A stretch of DNA of 64,000 nt from assembly GCA_963833425.1 (NCBI GenBank), contig CAWHXP010000003.1, positions 1 to 64,000 on the forward strand, in the 5' to 3' direction. The notes below the pieces were generated by a model, which was not told the origin of the DNA, did not search any database, and was given only the letters and a program-made list of their open reading frames with translations. Origin of the DNA: an uncultured Methanosarcinaceae archaeon. Lineage in GTDB: Archaea > Halobacteriota > Methanosarcinia > Methanosarcinales > Methanosarcinaceae. Made by a program: the position numbers and the translations under genes. This document shows positions 48,840-62,200 of this stretch, piece after piece. The number at the start of each line of letters is the position of its first letter. Position 1 is the stretch's first letter.

Positions 48840-50360
48840 ATGCAATTGAAGCTGGAACATATTAATATCAAAATAGGACAGCACAAAGTGTTGTTGAATA
48901 TTGCCGACGCAAAGGAACTGGGGGTTAATCCAGGGGATAGAATCCGCATCCGTGGACACGAAAGCCTTTCTGCCATTGTGGACACAACTGATGACATGGT
49001 TCCTCCTGGTGTTCTGGGAGCTTTTGTCGAAATTTACAGGCATTTCAAGGACTGGGATAAGCCAGTCGAAGTTGTACCAGCATTCCGCTCAAAATCTGCA
49101 ACCGTGATTAAAAAAATTATGGATAAAAAACCTATTATTCAAGAAGAATTTAAGATGCTAGTAAATGATATCGTGGAGGAAAACCTCAGTGATATCGAAC
49201 TTTCGGCTTTTATAACGTCTACTTATATCCATGGAATGACTGATGACGAGGTAGAATGGCTGACAAGAGCTATGATAGATAGCGGAGATCAGATCGAATT
49301 TGATACACATCCTATCATGGACAAGCATTCCATAGGTGGAGTACCAGGAAACAAAATTTCCCTTCTTGTTGTCCCTATAGTTGCTGCAAATGGACTTTTG
49401 ATCCCAAAGACAAGTTCCAGGGCAATCACAGGGGCAGGTGGAACTGCAGACCTTATGGAAGTACTCTGCCCTGTTGAGTTTACCTCTATGGAAGTCAAGG
49501 AGATAACTGAGAAAGTGGGAGGAACTCTGGTATGGGGAGGAGCCACTAATATCGCTCCTGCAGATGATAAGCTAATCAGAGTCGAATACCCCCTATCAAT
49601 TGATCCTTACTACCAGATGCTTGCATCAATTATGGCAAAAAAGGGAGCTATAGGAGCTGACAGCGTGGTAATCGACATTCCTATAGGAGCTGGAACAAAA
49701 GTTCCAACAATTCAGGAGGGACAAAAATTGGCAAGAGACCTGATTAATCTCGGGCATAGGCTTGAAATGAATGTAGAGTGTGCCATTACCTACGGATCCT
49801 CTCCAATAGGAAGAAAGGTGGGCCCGGCGCTGGAGGTAAGGGAAGCCCTTAAAGTGCTGGAAAGCATGGAAGGCCCAAATAGCCTTATTGAAAAGAGTGC
49901 TGGTATTGCGGGTATTCTGTTAGAAATGGGTGGTGCGGCTCCAAGGGACCATGGTAAAGAACTTGCACTAGAAACGCTCAGGAACGGAAAAGCTCTTGAG
50001 AAGATGAAACAGATCATTGAAGCACAGGGCGGAGACCCTAATATCACATCCGATGCTATTCGGGTTGGACAATATACCGCCGATCTTTTTGCTTCTACTG
50101 ACGGATACGTTATAGAATTTGACAATAAATGGATAATTGAAGTTGCCAGGCTTGCAGGTGCCCCTAACGACAAGGGAGCTGGGGTTTCTATCCACAAGAA
50201 AATGGGTGAGTCAGTCAAGAAAGGAGACTCGATTCTGACTATCTATGCTGAAAAGCAGTTAAAGCTCGAAGCTGCATTGACAACAGCTCAGAGAACGAAT
50301 CCAATAATAGTAGAAGGTATGCTTTTGAGGAGAATCCCTGGAAATTTTGGATTCCAATAA
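48840..50360 (+). CDS. deoA: AMP phosphorylase (archaeal thymidine phosphorylase family)
   Basis: 506 aa with DKHSIGGVPGNK, PKTSSRAIT, IAPADD, ASIMAKK, ARLAGAP and the N-terminal extension typical of AMP phosphorylase. Confidence 0.93.
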   Translation: MQLKLEHINIKIGQHKVLLNIADAKELGVNPGDRIRIRGHESLSAIVDTTDDMVPPGVLGAFVEIYRHFKDWDKPVEVVPAFRSKSATVIKKIMDKKPIIQEEFKMLVNDIVEENLSDIELSAFITSTYIHGMTDDEVEWLTRAMIDSGDQIEFDTHPIMDKHSIGGVPGNKISLLVVPIVAANGLLIPKTSSRAITGAGGTADLMEVLCPVEFTSMEVKEITEKVGGTLVWGGATNIAPADDKLIRVEYPLSIDPYYQMLASIMAKKGAIGADSVVIDIPIGAGTKVPTIQEGQKLARDLINLGHRLEMNVECAITYGSSPIGRKVGPALEVREALKVLESMEGPNSLIEKSAGIAGILLEMGGAAPRDHGKELALETLRNGKALEKMKQIIEAQGGDPNITSDAIRVGQYTADLFASTDGYVIEFDNKWIIEVARLAGAPNDKGAGVSIHKKMGESVKKGDSILTIYAEKQLKLEAALTTAQRTNPIIVEGMLLRRIPGNFGFQ

Positions 50361-50426
50361 TTTTCTCTTTTATTCTTCATTTTTTCAGTGAAATCCTTTA
50401 ATACCTGTTCTGGCTTTAGCACGAGC

Positions 50427-50950
50427 ATGAAAAAAGTTATTTTGTTGCGATTGGGGCATCGCCCCGGAAGGGATAAAAGGATCACTACCCATGTTGGCTT
50501 GACAGCTAGGTTGCTTGGTGCATGTGGGATGCTTCTTGCTGCAGATGACCCAGTGGTAGTAAGGAGTCTTGAGGCCGTTGTCAAGCGTTGGGGGGGAACT
50601 TTTTCATTAAAAATAAAGTCAATTTTAATCAGGAAATCAAGGAATGGAAAGCTAGCGGTGGAAAAATTTGTCACCTTTCGATGTATGGAGTCAATCTACC
50701 CAATATCATCGATGAACTTAAAAAATGTGATAAGCTTATGATTGTTGTAGGAGCAGAGAAGGTCCCTCCGGAAATATACTACCTCGCTGACTGGAATATT
50801 GCGGTGGGAAATCAGCCGCATTCTGAAGTTGCGGCTCTTGCAATTACAATGGATAGAATCGCTGATGTTGAGATGCTGGAGAAAAAATTTCCCGGTGCTG
50901 AACTGACAATTATCCCCACAAAAAGAGGGAAACAGATTATTGAAAATTAA
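50427..50950 (+). CDS. trm56: tRNA (cytidine56-2'-O)-methyltransferase, -1 indel at a G-run near 50590
   Basis: [22 protein letters not shown]...RWGG, then in the next frame [14 protein letters not shown] and [10 protein letters not shown]. Confidence 0.92.
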
Positions 50951-51399
50951 GGAATTGATATAATTCCTTTGTGCATTTTTATCTTTGTGCATTTGCTATT
51001 ATTATAGATCTAACCTGCTAGCAGATGCAAAAATGCTAACTATTCAAGTAGCTTTGTGAATGTGCATACGACACAAATAGAATATCATGAGATTCCTTAA
51101 AGATTCGAGAGTTCCATCTGAAAATAAACCGGTAAAAAGGAAACTCAGAATGATGAAATTACAGCAAAAATAGAATGAACATTCAAAACCAAATAAAGGA
51201 GGGCAGCTTTTTGTAGCATTAAATTCCACAGCACTACGATCCGAAGGAACCGTTTGTAGGTTATAAAAGGTATTTTCTCGGTATTTAAGGAGAGAAATCG
51301 ACTATACCTGAATAGTTACAATAAATATTTTATTCTGCAGAACAACTGATTATATAATTGAAACTTATGGAGATTTCTAAAATACGTAGATTCACTGAT

Positions 51400-51620
51400 A
51401 CTCGATTTCATTCAGAGTGATTTCTTCATTCCTAATTGCTTTTGTACTTACAACATAGTAAAGATAGTTTTTCATCCTTCTTTGGTCTTCCTCTCTGCTT
51501 TTTTTCGCGTTCCTATATTATGAAATTCTTCACTGTTCCCATTGATTCTCTAAAAACTGAACATAGTTATTTATGGAGTAATAGAAGTTTTCAAGAGTAT
51601 AGCTGCGCATTTATATCCCT
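51400..51620 (-). mobile_element. Possible IS1634-family internal remnant
   Basis: Reverse frames give KKQRGRPKKDEKL.YYVVSTKAIRNEE, like the KRGRP.KDE..YY segment of IS1634 transposases. Confidence 0.4.
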
Positions 51621-52337
51621 TACCACCAGGTTCACTAATCTAGTCTCACAGTTTCTATAATTTACCATGTTTCTCTTAACCCCTCAGAAATTTATTTGAG
51701 AGATTTCCATAGTATATAGTATGTCTATATTTTTTTGTGTCAGCTTTCAGAACAAAAGCAAAAGTTATGATGCACCCATGAAAATGGCAGTAAAAAACAT
51801 CTTCTAGGAATTAGTGATATACTAATAACAAGAGGATAAACTCAAAAATAGGCCCAGATAAACTGTTTGTGTAACTAAAAAAATTCAAAGCAGAACAAAT
51901 TTTTGTTACTACTGTTCAAAAAATGAATCTAAAAATTTTGTTCACAGCTTTTGCTTATACTCAATGTCAGTTGAGACATTGATAATAAAAAAATTATTTC
52001 TAGGATAGCGGAATCTATCTTTAAAATCAAAGAATACTGAGCCAGAAAAAAAATCTGATCAGATACAGAATTAGCTAGAAAGATTTGGATAGTATTCCCG
52101 CGAAGAAATACATTAGGAGTAAATTTTAATTCTGTTTGACCTAAAAGAAAGCTCCTACGTAATATATTACCTAATAATATATTCAAGGTTCCACACTTTG
52201 GGCATTCAGTCAATAATATAACAAGTAAATAAACTTGTCAGATACCTGCGGAAGGTTATCTCATTCTCTGATTTTCACGAGTCATTTATTCATCATTTAC
52301 ATGCGTATGACAAAATTTAGGGGTTTCTTAAAATCTT

Positions 52338-53832
<1,495 letters not shown>

Positions 53833-54485
53833 CTATGATATAGGAAAGTACTTGTGAAAATAGAATGGATATAATAAAAATTCATGCGTCCTCAGTTAAT
53901 TGAGGAATCGCATAAATTGCTCTATTCCAACAAGGTCGTCCAAAATATTAGTTGGTTAGATATGGGAAAAAGGTATAGATTTTAGCTTTGGTGCTAAAAG
54001 TATGATTATTTCTTGTTTCAAAATAGACAGCAACAACCAAGAGTAGTGCCACAAAATCCACAATTAGTAGAAAATACTATAGGGGAAAAAGAACGATTGT
54101 TCAACTCTCAAGCAATAACTTCATCAAAAAATAATCTAGCCTTTAGATATCTGTTTTACTGTACGAATTATTTATTGCTATGTTTACCTGTCTCCCATGA
54201 ATAAACATATTATTTAATGTATATATGATTACCGATCCACATTGTTTAATATATCATAATTACGATGGACAGCTATACTCAGGTGTTTACAGCGGAGTAC
54301 GCCATAGAAAATTAAATTTTGATGCTCACATTATTTATGGTATATTGTCCCTCCAAATGACGACTTTACAGAACTACATAAACAAAATTATAGAAATGCG
54401 TAAACAAAAAATGTAGAAATAACTCGGATTGAATTAAGAATTTCTACAAAGCTTCTCTTCAAGAGACTTTTTAGAATCATCCAGA

Positions 54486-54520
54486 ATCACTAAAATTTAT
54501 CACTAAAATTTATCACTAAA
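54486..54520. repeat. 13-bp tandem repeat, about 2.7 copies
   Basis: ATCACTAAAATTT ATCACTAAAATTT ATCACTAAA. Confidence 0.85.
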
Positions 54521-54778
54521 TCCATTAGTAATTGGCTACAATCAATCATAATTATCAGCAAGAATAAAAAGTCTAAACTTTTATTTATTCAAGATACTTC
54601 ACTAACTGTTAAAATCATCCCTAAAGGGACTAAATACCAACTTTACAGGTAATTGGGTTGAATTTAAAAATTGTCTCATTTTTAAAGGATTTAGCCGACA
54701 TGTCAATTGCAAAGGTTGAAATTCAGAATTAACACATATCTAATTATCACAGATAAAATAATCCAGAGATGAAAGTCT

Positions 54779-55237
54779 ATGCCCGGTGGAAAAGTGCTCT
54801 TCATAATGGGATGTCCCGAGATCCCAATTCAAACTAGCATTGCCCTGTATCTTTCCCATAAACTGACCAATTTAGGATTCACTGTAACAGTCGCCGGTAC
54901 GGATGCCGTAACCAAGCTCTTGAAGGTCTCTGATTCCGATGGCTATTATGTAAAAAAATTGGTGAATCTAGATAAAACCCTAGAGGATATTGTTGAGAAA
55001 AGAATAGATTTCGACATATGCTTCGCTTTTATGCATAATGATGCTGGAATAACATACGCTTCCACCATAAGTGCTATTTCTCAAGCTAAGATATACTCCA
55101 TAGTTTTCGGCAGGAACGCCGACGCTCTGTCCGAAACAATTGAATACAATTGTGAAAAAATAGTCGCTAATGATGTTCATAGTCCCTCTCGTCTCAAAAA
55201 TAAGCTAGATAAGGTGATGGAGGATATAGTCAAATGA
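54779..55237 (+). CDS. DUF1890-family methanogen protein
   Basis: KVLFIMGCPEIPIQT...LLKVSDSDGYY...FMHNDAG...IVFG. Confidence 0.8.
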   Translation: MPGGKVLFIMGCPEIPIQTSIALYLSHKLTNLGFTVTVAGTDAVTKLLKVSDSDGYYVKKLVNLDKTLEDIVEKRIDFDICFAFMHNDAGITYASTISAISQAKIYSIVFGRNADALSETIEYNCEKIVANDVHSPSRLKNKLDKVMEDIVK

Positions 55238-55608
55238 GCTGCATCGAACAGATGAAATACGAGATTCTTATGGAAAAAAAGACTTTTAAGGAGTCCAGAG
55301 AATTCATTGAGAAAAACTCTGACGAGGTTTACTATGTACCTCCTGGCTACAAGATTTTCAATAACTACTACATAATAGGAATACCACCAATTGCTTTAGG
55401 GATTAAGGGCAATGCTCTGATCTTCACCTATACGAAACCCTGCTATGGGACTTTTGTCCTTTCTATAGATAGTGAGGATAGCAGAAAGGAAATTTATAGA
55501 CTTAGAGAGATGGGGAAAGAGAAAGTACATACCCCATTTAAGAATGACAGCTCTCTTGAAAGCTCCAAGAAGCCACAAACCAGCTTTCAAGATATCTGGA
55601 AAAAGTGA
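55234..55608 (+). CDS. DUF1894-family methanogen protein
   Basis: MSCIEQMKYEIL..FKESREFI..VPPGYKIF..IGIPPI..YTKPCYGTF; ATGA overlap with the upstream gene. Confidence 0.8.
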   Translation: MSCIEQMKYEILMEKKTFKESREFIEKNSDEVYYVPPGYKIFNNYYIIGIPPIALGIKGNALIFTYTKPCYGTFVLSIDSEDSRKEIYRLREMGKEKVHTPFKNDSSLESSKKPQTSFQDIWKK

Positions 55609-55728
55609 AATTCAGGTGTCTGGTCACAATCAAAATCTCAGAAGAGAGTTACAACATAGTATAACACTATATTGATCCTCACTTTCTTCCAAGTTGATTT
55701 TCTAAATTGAGTTTTACATTCTTTGACA

Positions 55729-56727
55729 CTATAATACCATGTCTTTTATCCTGATCCCGCTTTCTACGATTTCTCCGACTATCTTTCCACCGGTAATGTC
55801 TGCAGCTTTTGCTGCATCTTCTTCCGGCAGGATGATAAGAAAGCCCATACCCATATTGAAAGTTTTGTACATTTCAAGATCTTCTACTCTCCCTTCTTCT
55901 TGTAGGAATTTGAAAATTTCCGGAGGTTCAATGGGATCATAAAAATCAAAGCCCAGTTTTGTTACTCTCCTCAGCTTTAAAAGTCCGCTACCAGTTATGT
56001 GGGCAAGCCCGTGAACTCCACATACCTTAAGTACATCCAGAATCTCGATATAAATTCTTGTTGGGGTCAGGAGCTCGTCTCCTATGGTCTTTGAGCTGTT
56101 ATAAGGACAAGAATCATAATAAGAATATCCCGCTTCTTCAATGATCTTCCTTACAAGGGTGTAACCATTGCTGTGAACGCCAGTGCTCGGAATACCAACA
56201 ACCACATCACCCATCCTGACTTTTCCTCCTTCAATAATCTTATCCTTTTTGACAATTCCAAGGCATGAACCTGCGAGATCAAAGCCTTTTATTATATCAG
56301 GCATTGTAGCGGTTTCTCCACCTACAATAGACATTCTTGAGATTTCAGCTCCTTTCAGAAGTCCTTCTCCTATCTGTGCGGCAAATCCTTCGTCATGCTT
56401 TTCCAGGGCAAGGTAGTCCAAGAAGGCTACCGGTTCAGCTCCTATGGCAAGTAGATCATTAACATTCATCGCGATACAGTCTATTCCTACAGAATTCCAT
56501 CTCTGCATTTCGTTTGCGATAAGTACTTTTGAGCCCACTCCATCCATTGTCAAGGCAATGGCATATTCCCCGAAGTCCAGAAGCCCCGCATAGTGACCTA
56601 TCCCTATGATGGGAGCTCCAATGCCTTTTCGAACGTAGCTGAGTTTTTCGATGATGTTTTTGATTGTTTTTTCTTCTTTTACAATATCTACGCCTGAATC
56701 AGCGTATGTCAAATGCTTCTCGCTCAT
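55729..56727 (-). CDS. purM: Phosphoribosylformylglycinamidine cyclo-ligase
   Basis: TYADSGVD, DGVGSK, IAMNVND, GGETA, GVHSNGY, HITG and TFNMGMG. The likely start is MSEKH at 56727. Confidence 0.95.
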   Translation of the reverse strand: MSEKHLTYADSGVDIVKEEKTIKNIIEKLSYVRKGIGAPIIGIGHYAGLLDFGEYAIALTMDGVGSKVLIANEMQRWNSVGIDCIAMNVNDLLAIGAEPVAFLDYLALEKHDEGFAAQIGEGLLKGAEISRMSIVGGETATMPDIIKGFDLAGSCLGIVKKDKIIEGGKVRMGDVVVGIPSTGVHSNGYTLVRKIIEEAGYSYYDSCPYNSSKTIGDELLTPTRIYIEILDVLKVCGVHGLAHITGSGLLKLRRVTKLGFDFYDPIEPPEIFKFLQEEGRVEDLEMYKTFNMGMGFLIILPEEDAAKAADITGGKIVGEIVESGIRIKDMVL

Positions 56728-56749
56728 TCTCTGCCCCTTCATGCTTTTT

Positions 56750-58150
56750 TTAATTTTCGTTATACAGCTCGAATTCTTCATGCAGGATCCTGACTGCAGC
56801 AAATGCATCTTCTTCTCGAACCACGAAAGATATATTGTACTGAGAAGAGCCCTGACTGATCATGATAATGTTTATCATTGAATTCCCAAGAGCTCCAAAA
56901 ACTCGTTTTGCAACACCAGGTGTTCCTGCCATACCTGCACCGACAACTGCAACTACGCATACATTTTCATCTAAGTTGATCTCTTTTACTATTTCGCGGT
57001 CGAATTCAGCATGAAGAGCTTTTAATGCGGATTCAGCATGCGCTTCGCTAACCACAAAAGAAATATTGGACTCGGAAGAGCCCTGGCTGATCATAACAAC
57101 ATTTACTCCGGCCTTCGCAAGCGCCGTAAAAAGCCTTGCTACAGTTCCGACTGCCCCTGCCATCTCTGCGCCTGAGATATTAATTAGGTTCACATTTTTT
57201 ATCAGGCTTACGGCTTTTACAACGTGTTTGCACTGGAACTTCTCCGCAACAACGAGGGTTCCAGGAAACTCGGGATCGAAGGTATTTTTAACACGTACCG
57301 GAATGTGTTCTCTCATTGCAGGCGCAATTGTGCGCGGATGCAGCACGTTTGCCCCAAAGTAAGAGAGCTCCATAGCTTCAGAATAAGAAATTTGTGGGAT
57401 CGTTTTTGCTTCAGGTATGATTCTCGGATCAGTAGTCATGATTCCGTTCACTTCTTTCCAGAGCCAGATTTCATCGGCTTTAAGGGAAGCGCCCAAGATG
57501 GAAGCTGTAAAGTCAGACCCACTCCTTCCCAGGGTAGTAATAATTCCGTTTTCATTTTCTCCAATAAAACCTGTGATTACGATAACCTGTGAACCAAGTA
57601 CGGACTCAAGCCTATTTTTTACAAGTTCGTAAGTTTTTTCCAGAGGCCTGGCATTTCCGTAATCCGATGAGGTTATTATCCCTATTTCTCCACCTGTGTA
57701 TTCGGTTGACGCTATCCCAAGAGATCGAATAGCTCCTGAGACAATCGGAGCAGCTAAGCGTTCTCCATAAGAGCATATATAGTCAATAGACCTGGGCGTA
57801 AGCTCACCAAGATAACAAATTCCAATTAGAGCTTTTTCGAGGTCTTCAATGAGGTGATCGAGAATTTGGAGTACTTCTTTTGCAACTTTGGGTTCATCGA
57901 TTGCATCCTTTACAGCTTCACGGTGTTTTTTTGCAAGTTCTGTTTTAAATTTTTTAATAAGGCTGACTTTGCCTTTTGTTGAGGCAGAAAATGCATTTTC
58001 CAAAAGCTTGTCTGTTACCCCACTCAATGCCGAGGTTACTACCACGATTTGGTTGCCTTCATCGTGGTATTTTTTCAAAATTCGCGCAACCTGGCTGATC
58101 CTTTTTCCGTTCCCAACGGAAGTTCCTCCAAATTTCATTACAATTTTCAT
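56750..58150 (-). CDS. lysC: Aspartate kinase with ACT domains
   Basis: MKFGGTSV, SYGERL, TTLGRSGSDFTA, ELSYFGANVLHP and two ACT repeats (ISQGSS). Confidence 0.95.
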   Translation of the reverse strand: MKIVMKFGGTSVGNGKRISQVARILKKYHDEGNQIVVVTSALSGVTDKLLENAFSASTKGKVSLIKKFKTELAKKHREAVKDAIDEPKVAKEVLQILDHLIEDLEKALIGICYLGELTPRSIDYICSYGERLAAPIVSGAIRSLGIASTEYTGGEIGIITSSDYGNARPLEKTYELVKNRLESVLGSQVIVITGFIGENENGIITTLGRSGSDFTASILGASLKADEIWLWKEVNGIMTTDPRIIPEAKTIPQISYSEAMELSYFGANVLHPRTIAPAMREHIPVRVKNTFDPEFPGTLVVAEKFQCKHVVKAVSLIKNVNLINISGAEMAGAVGTVARLFTALAKAGVNVVMISQGSSESNISFVVSEAHAESALKALHAEFDREIVKEINLDENVCVVAVVGAGMAGTPGVAKRVFGALGNSMINIIMISQGSSQYNISFVVREEDAFAAVRILHEEFELYNEN

Positions 58151-58843
58151 AATCAGATCACGTTTTACATTAGCTTGATTATTTCTTATGTCGTTGTTTA
58201 TCCTTAAACTGCTAATATTGATAACTTTGGTTTGAACTCTTTTTTAAGATTGCCGGAATTAATATTTAATTTCAAGTCAGAATATATATTATGCCGTTGG
58301 TCGATTCTCGTTAAAAACATTTCTATGTAATTTGCTTCTGCCTAGCCGCTGCGTGATATATTTCAAGCTGAAAACCCGCCCTGTATAGGGTACAATACTA
58401 TATTATAATTTTTGCTAAACAATAGGTCCAATTTGCTGTGGTTCCGAATGACTATTTTTATTCGGTTACAATTTGTCCTCAATAATTCACAAGAAAAAAC
58501 TTCATTCAGACATCATTGTTCTATTTTTTTGTAATCGCCTATACAAAATTCAACATCTAAAAGTTTTAAAGTATAAAATATACATAGTCTATACTAAACG
58601 GTCATTTTGATTTCTTTAGTACACTTTGAGTCAATACACCTAATTTATCGTTACCTAAACACCAGATTTATTTCTCTATCAAATTTCATTAATAAATTCA
58701 TGAGTAATTTTACTAGGATATATATTGATCTCACAAGATTTACAAATTATTTAATTTTTTCACTCATGACTTGTGTTGTTTGGTAACCTTTTTCCGAATT
58801 CTTTGTCGTAAACTTAATCTATTTTAACTTATCTGTTAGAGCT

Positions 58844-59452
58844 ATGAAAAGAATGGTGATTCTAGATTATGGACTTGGGAATCTTCGGAGTGTTCAAAAG
58901 GGACTTGAACATATAGGGGCCAGTTCCATTATCTCCGGAGATCCTGAGGAAGTTCTTGGCGCAGACGGTGTAATTCTTCCGGGTGTCGGAGCTTTTGCGG
59001 ATGCGATGAAGTACCTTGCTCCAATTGAAGGGATCATAAAAGAGTATGTACTGTCAGGAAAACCGATGCTCGGTATTTGCCTTGGGCAGCAAGTTCTGAT
59101 GAGTTCTTCTGAAGAAGGAAAGTTTACAGATGGACTTAATATTATTTCTGGCAAGGTTCTGCGCTTTCCAAAATCAGAATTAAAAGTACCGCATATTGGG
59201 TGGAATAATATTGGAATCAAACAGGATCACCCTTTGTTTGAAGGCGTTTCTGAAAATTCTTTTGTATATTTTGTACATTCGTATTACGTGGGCACAGCGT
59301 TGGAGAATACCCTTGCAGTGTGTAACTATGGGCTGGAGTTTTCAGCTTCTGTCGTGAACTCGGAAGGCAATGTTATGGGTACCCAGTTCCATCCTGAGAA
59401 AAGTGGAGCGACTGGATTGAAGATCCTAAAAAATTTTAGAGATATGTGCTGA
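58844..59452 (+). CDS. hisH: Imidazole glycerol phosphate synthase, glutaminase subunit
   Basis: DYGLGNLRSV, PGVGAF, GICLG, VPHIGWN, YFVHSY and QFHPEKS. Confidence 0.96.
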   Translation: MKRMVILDYGLGNLRSVQKGLEHIGASSIISGDPEEVLGADGVILPGVGAFADAMKYLAPIEGIIKEYVLSGKPMLGICLGQQVLMSSSEEGKFTDGLNIISGKVLRFPKSELKVPHIGWNNIGIKQDHPLFEGVSENSFVYFVHSYYVGTALENTLAVCNYGLEFSASVVNSEGNVMGTQFHPEKSGATGLKILKNFRDMC

Positions 59453-59639
59453 ACAGATATTTAGAAGAATTCGCTAATGTACTAAAAATTCGCTAACATT
59501 GAAGCTTGAAAGTTATTTTTTATTTTTTTGTTCAGTAATTAAGTTTAGATTCTTAAGCGCTTTAGATAAAATATTTAGTTCACCGGATATAATGTTTGTG
59601 TGATATCCCTGAACTTTAGGGTAGCATAATCTACAAGAG

Positions 59640-60983
59640 ATGGTCAATATGGATTTAGAAGGCTATGCAAAACGGGCTCTCAGGAAGAATCCTTCAAATG
59701 AAGTAGAACTTAAGGCACAACTGGCTTCAAGGATCCTCGAAATTAAGAACATAAGCTACGAACGAGTTTATGAAATTGTGGCTGCAGTTATTAATGAGGC
59801 AAAAGCAACACTCAATTTAGAAGGCGAAGTTTTAAGTCCTACCTTATCTGGAGTTTCCATGGGAGAATTTGGAGTAGGGTCCAGAGGTACTGGGGATTTC
59901 TATGTTCACTCCAAGCTCGGAGAAGTCATAGGCCAAACAGGTGCATTTGTAGATAGTTCCCAGCTTGATGACTCAGGTGTTGTCAAATTCGGTGATGAGT
60001 ACCTCGTTGTTACAATTGATGGTATCCATTCTCGCCTGAGTGATTTTCCTTTTCTTTCAGGGTTTCATGTAGCCAGGGCAGCTTTACGTGATGTATACTC
60101 CATGGGGGCCCGTCCTCTGGCGATGTTTTCAGATATTCATATAGCAGACGACGGAGATGTTGCAAAGATTTTTGACCATATTGCAGGAATAACTACGGTT
60201 TCTGAACTAACGGGAATACCCCTCATAACTGGAAGCACACTTCGAATTGGCGGGGACATGGTCATAGGTGAACGAATGACAGGAGGTGTTGGCGCTGTAG
60301 GTATAACTTCCTATCTTACCCCCCGAAATAAGACTCAGATAGGCGACCTCATATTTATGACCGAAGGAGCTGGTGGGGGTACAGTTTCTACAACTGCGCT
60401 TTACTACGGGATGCATGATGTTGTGGAAGAGACTATAAACATCCGTTTCCTTGAGGCTTGCGAAGCTCTACTGAAATCAGGACTTTATAGTAAAATTCAT
60501 TCTATGACTGACGTTACTAATGGCGGAATTCGGGGTGATGCCAGAGAAATCTCAAAGACCGCAGGTGTAAAAATGATCTTTGAAGAAGAAAAAATGAGAG
60601 CACTTGTAAATCCGAAGGTTCTTTCTATGCTGGAGTTCCTGGAAATCGACTACCTTGGAATATCTATCGATGCTCTGTTAATCATTGCACCATCTGAACA
60701 TGCAAAAAATATTTTAGAAACTGTTAGAGCTGCAAATGTCGAGATTGACATCATAGGTCGTGTGGAAGAAGGGCTAGGAGCAGAGATTCTCATGAATGGG
60801 GAAATTCGGGACTTTTCGCCAAGGTTTCGAGAATCGGCCTATACCCCTGTGAAAAAGGTACATGGTGAAGAAAAACCCAGAGACTTTGAGGATATGAGGT
60901 TAGCAATCGAAAGAGCTGCTGAAGAAGCTATCAGTAAAAAAAGTCGGATTCTAGAACATATCAAAGGTAAAAGGAAAAATTAG
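59640..60983 (+). CDS. AIR synthase-related (PurM/HypE-like) protein
   Basis: GVGSRGTGDF, LDDSGVV, DGIHSRLS, LRDV, TEGAGGG and MTDVTNGG. Confidence 0.85.
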   Translation: MVNMDLEGYAKRALRKNPSNEVELKAQLASRILEIKNISYERVYEIVAAVINEAKATLNLEGEVLSPTLSGVSMGEFGVGSRGTGDFYVHSKLGEVIGQTGAFVDSSQLDDSGVVKFGDEYLVVTIDGIHSRLSDFPFLSGFHVARAALRDVYSMGARPLAMFSDIHIADDGDVAKIFDHIAGITTVSELTGIPLITGSTLRIGGDMVIGERMTGGVGAVGITSYLTPRNKTQIGDLIFMTEGAGGGTVSTTALYYGMHDVVEETINIRFLEACEALLKSGLYSKIHSMTDVTNGGIRGDAREISKTAGVKMIFEEEKMRALVNPKVLSMLEFLEIDYLGISIDALLIIAPSEHAKNILETVRAANVEIDIIGRVEEGLGAEILMNGEIRDFSPRFRESAYTPVKKVHGEEKPRDFEDMRLAIERAAEEAISKKSRILEHIKGKRKN

Positions 60984-61347
60984 GCTGATTGATGCCTGAA
61001 ATTTTGATTAAAGACTAAAATACAGTAGCATATTTTTTGCTTGCTATAAGTACTTGCTTTTCTTTTGCAATAATAAAGACTTTTTCTTTAAATCTTGTTG
61101 CCCCTATGACAAAATTTTGAAGTACTCTATAATTGTAACTTTAATTTGAGAGTTCTATTTATATGCTATATGGCATTTTTATATTTATAAGGAATGAAGG
61201 ATTAACATTATGTCAACAAATTTTTGATCAATTTTTTATGATTCTATTTGGCAGATATTTTCCCACTCCTTGAATGTCATTTTTTCAAATTTTGATCGAA
61301 TTTTTAATATTTGATTTGATACTATATGAGTAACATGAAAGATATTA

Positions 61348-62200
61348 GGTTCCGTTGCAAAAATTTCAGAATATGCATGTAAATCTATGAGTGTAAAGAA
61401 AGTAAAATATTCAAGGAAAATGTACTAACATTATAAAACTATACCAAACCATTGATTAATGTATTTGACTTCACCAAGAACAGAGTAATTTAGATTATTT
61501 ACTTGTCCTTTTTTGATCATATTCATGGCTTCAATTCCTTTTAAAGTCTTATTAGCAAATCGAAAAGGCTGAAATCCTAACATTGGATTAACGATTCGTT
61601 TGATAGATCTATGATCTTGTTCTATAATGTTATTCGAATACTTGATTTGTCTAATGCCTACGTTTTTAGGTGATATTTTATCATTTTTCAGTTCATCTAT
61701 AGAAAGTGGATAAGCTGGATTCTTATCAACAGTTATTACTCCTGGAATTTGATTATGATTAGAACTCAATACTTTCTTAAAGAATCTCTTCGCTGCATTT
61801 CGGTTTCGTTTTGCACTTAACATGAAATCAATTGTATCTCCATTTGAGTCAACTGCTCGGTAAAAATATTTCCATTTACCTTGTACTTTGATATAGGTTT
61901 CATCAACTCTCCACAAATAGTTTGTTGGTCTTAAATGCCTTATGATCTTCTTTTCTATTTCAGGGGGAATATTATGCACCCATCTCATTATAGTACTGTG
62001 ATCAACTTGAATTCCTCTTTCTATCATCATTTCCTTTAAATTTCTATAGCTCAATGGATATTTTAGGTACAATCTTATATTCAATAGGATAATTTCTCCT
62101 TCATAATGCTTCCATTTAAAGGAATTAGATAGCATGTTACTATCTTTGGTTTTCTTTTTATTCTATTGTACCAGTAGAAAGGATTTTTTGCAACGGAACC
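61348..62200 (-). mobile_element. IS6-family insertion sequence (853 bp) with an open 234-aa transposase
   Basis: TIRs GGTTCCGTTGCAAAAA at 61348-61363 and 62185-62200. ORF 61431..62135 has WRVDETY, TVDKNPAY and NNIIEQDHR. No flanking duplication. Confidence 0.93.

Noticed and set aside
51929..52213. Zn-ribbon protein starting MTECPKCG
   Set aside because: TTG start, only one CxxC and a non-protein-like tail; at best a remnant that I cannot assign.
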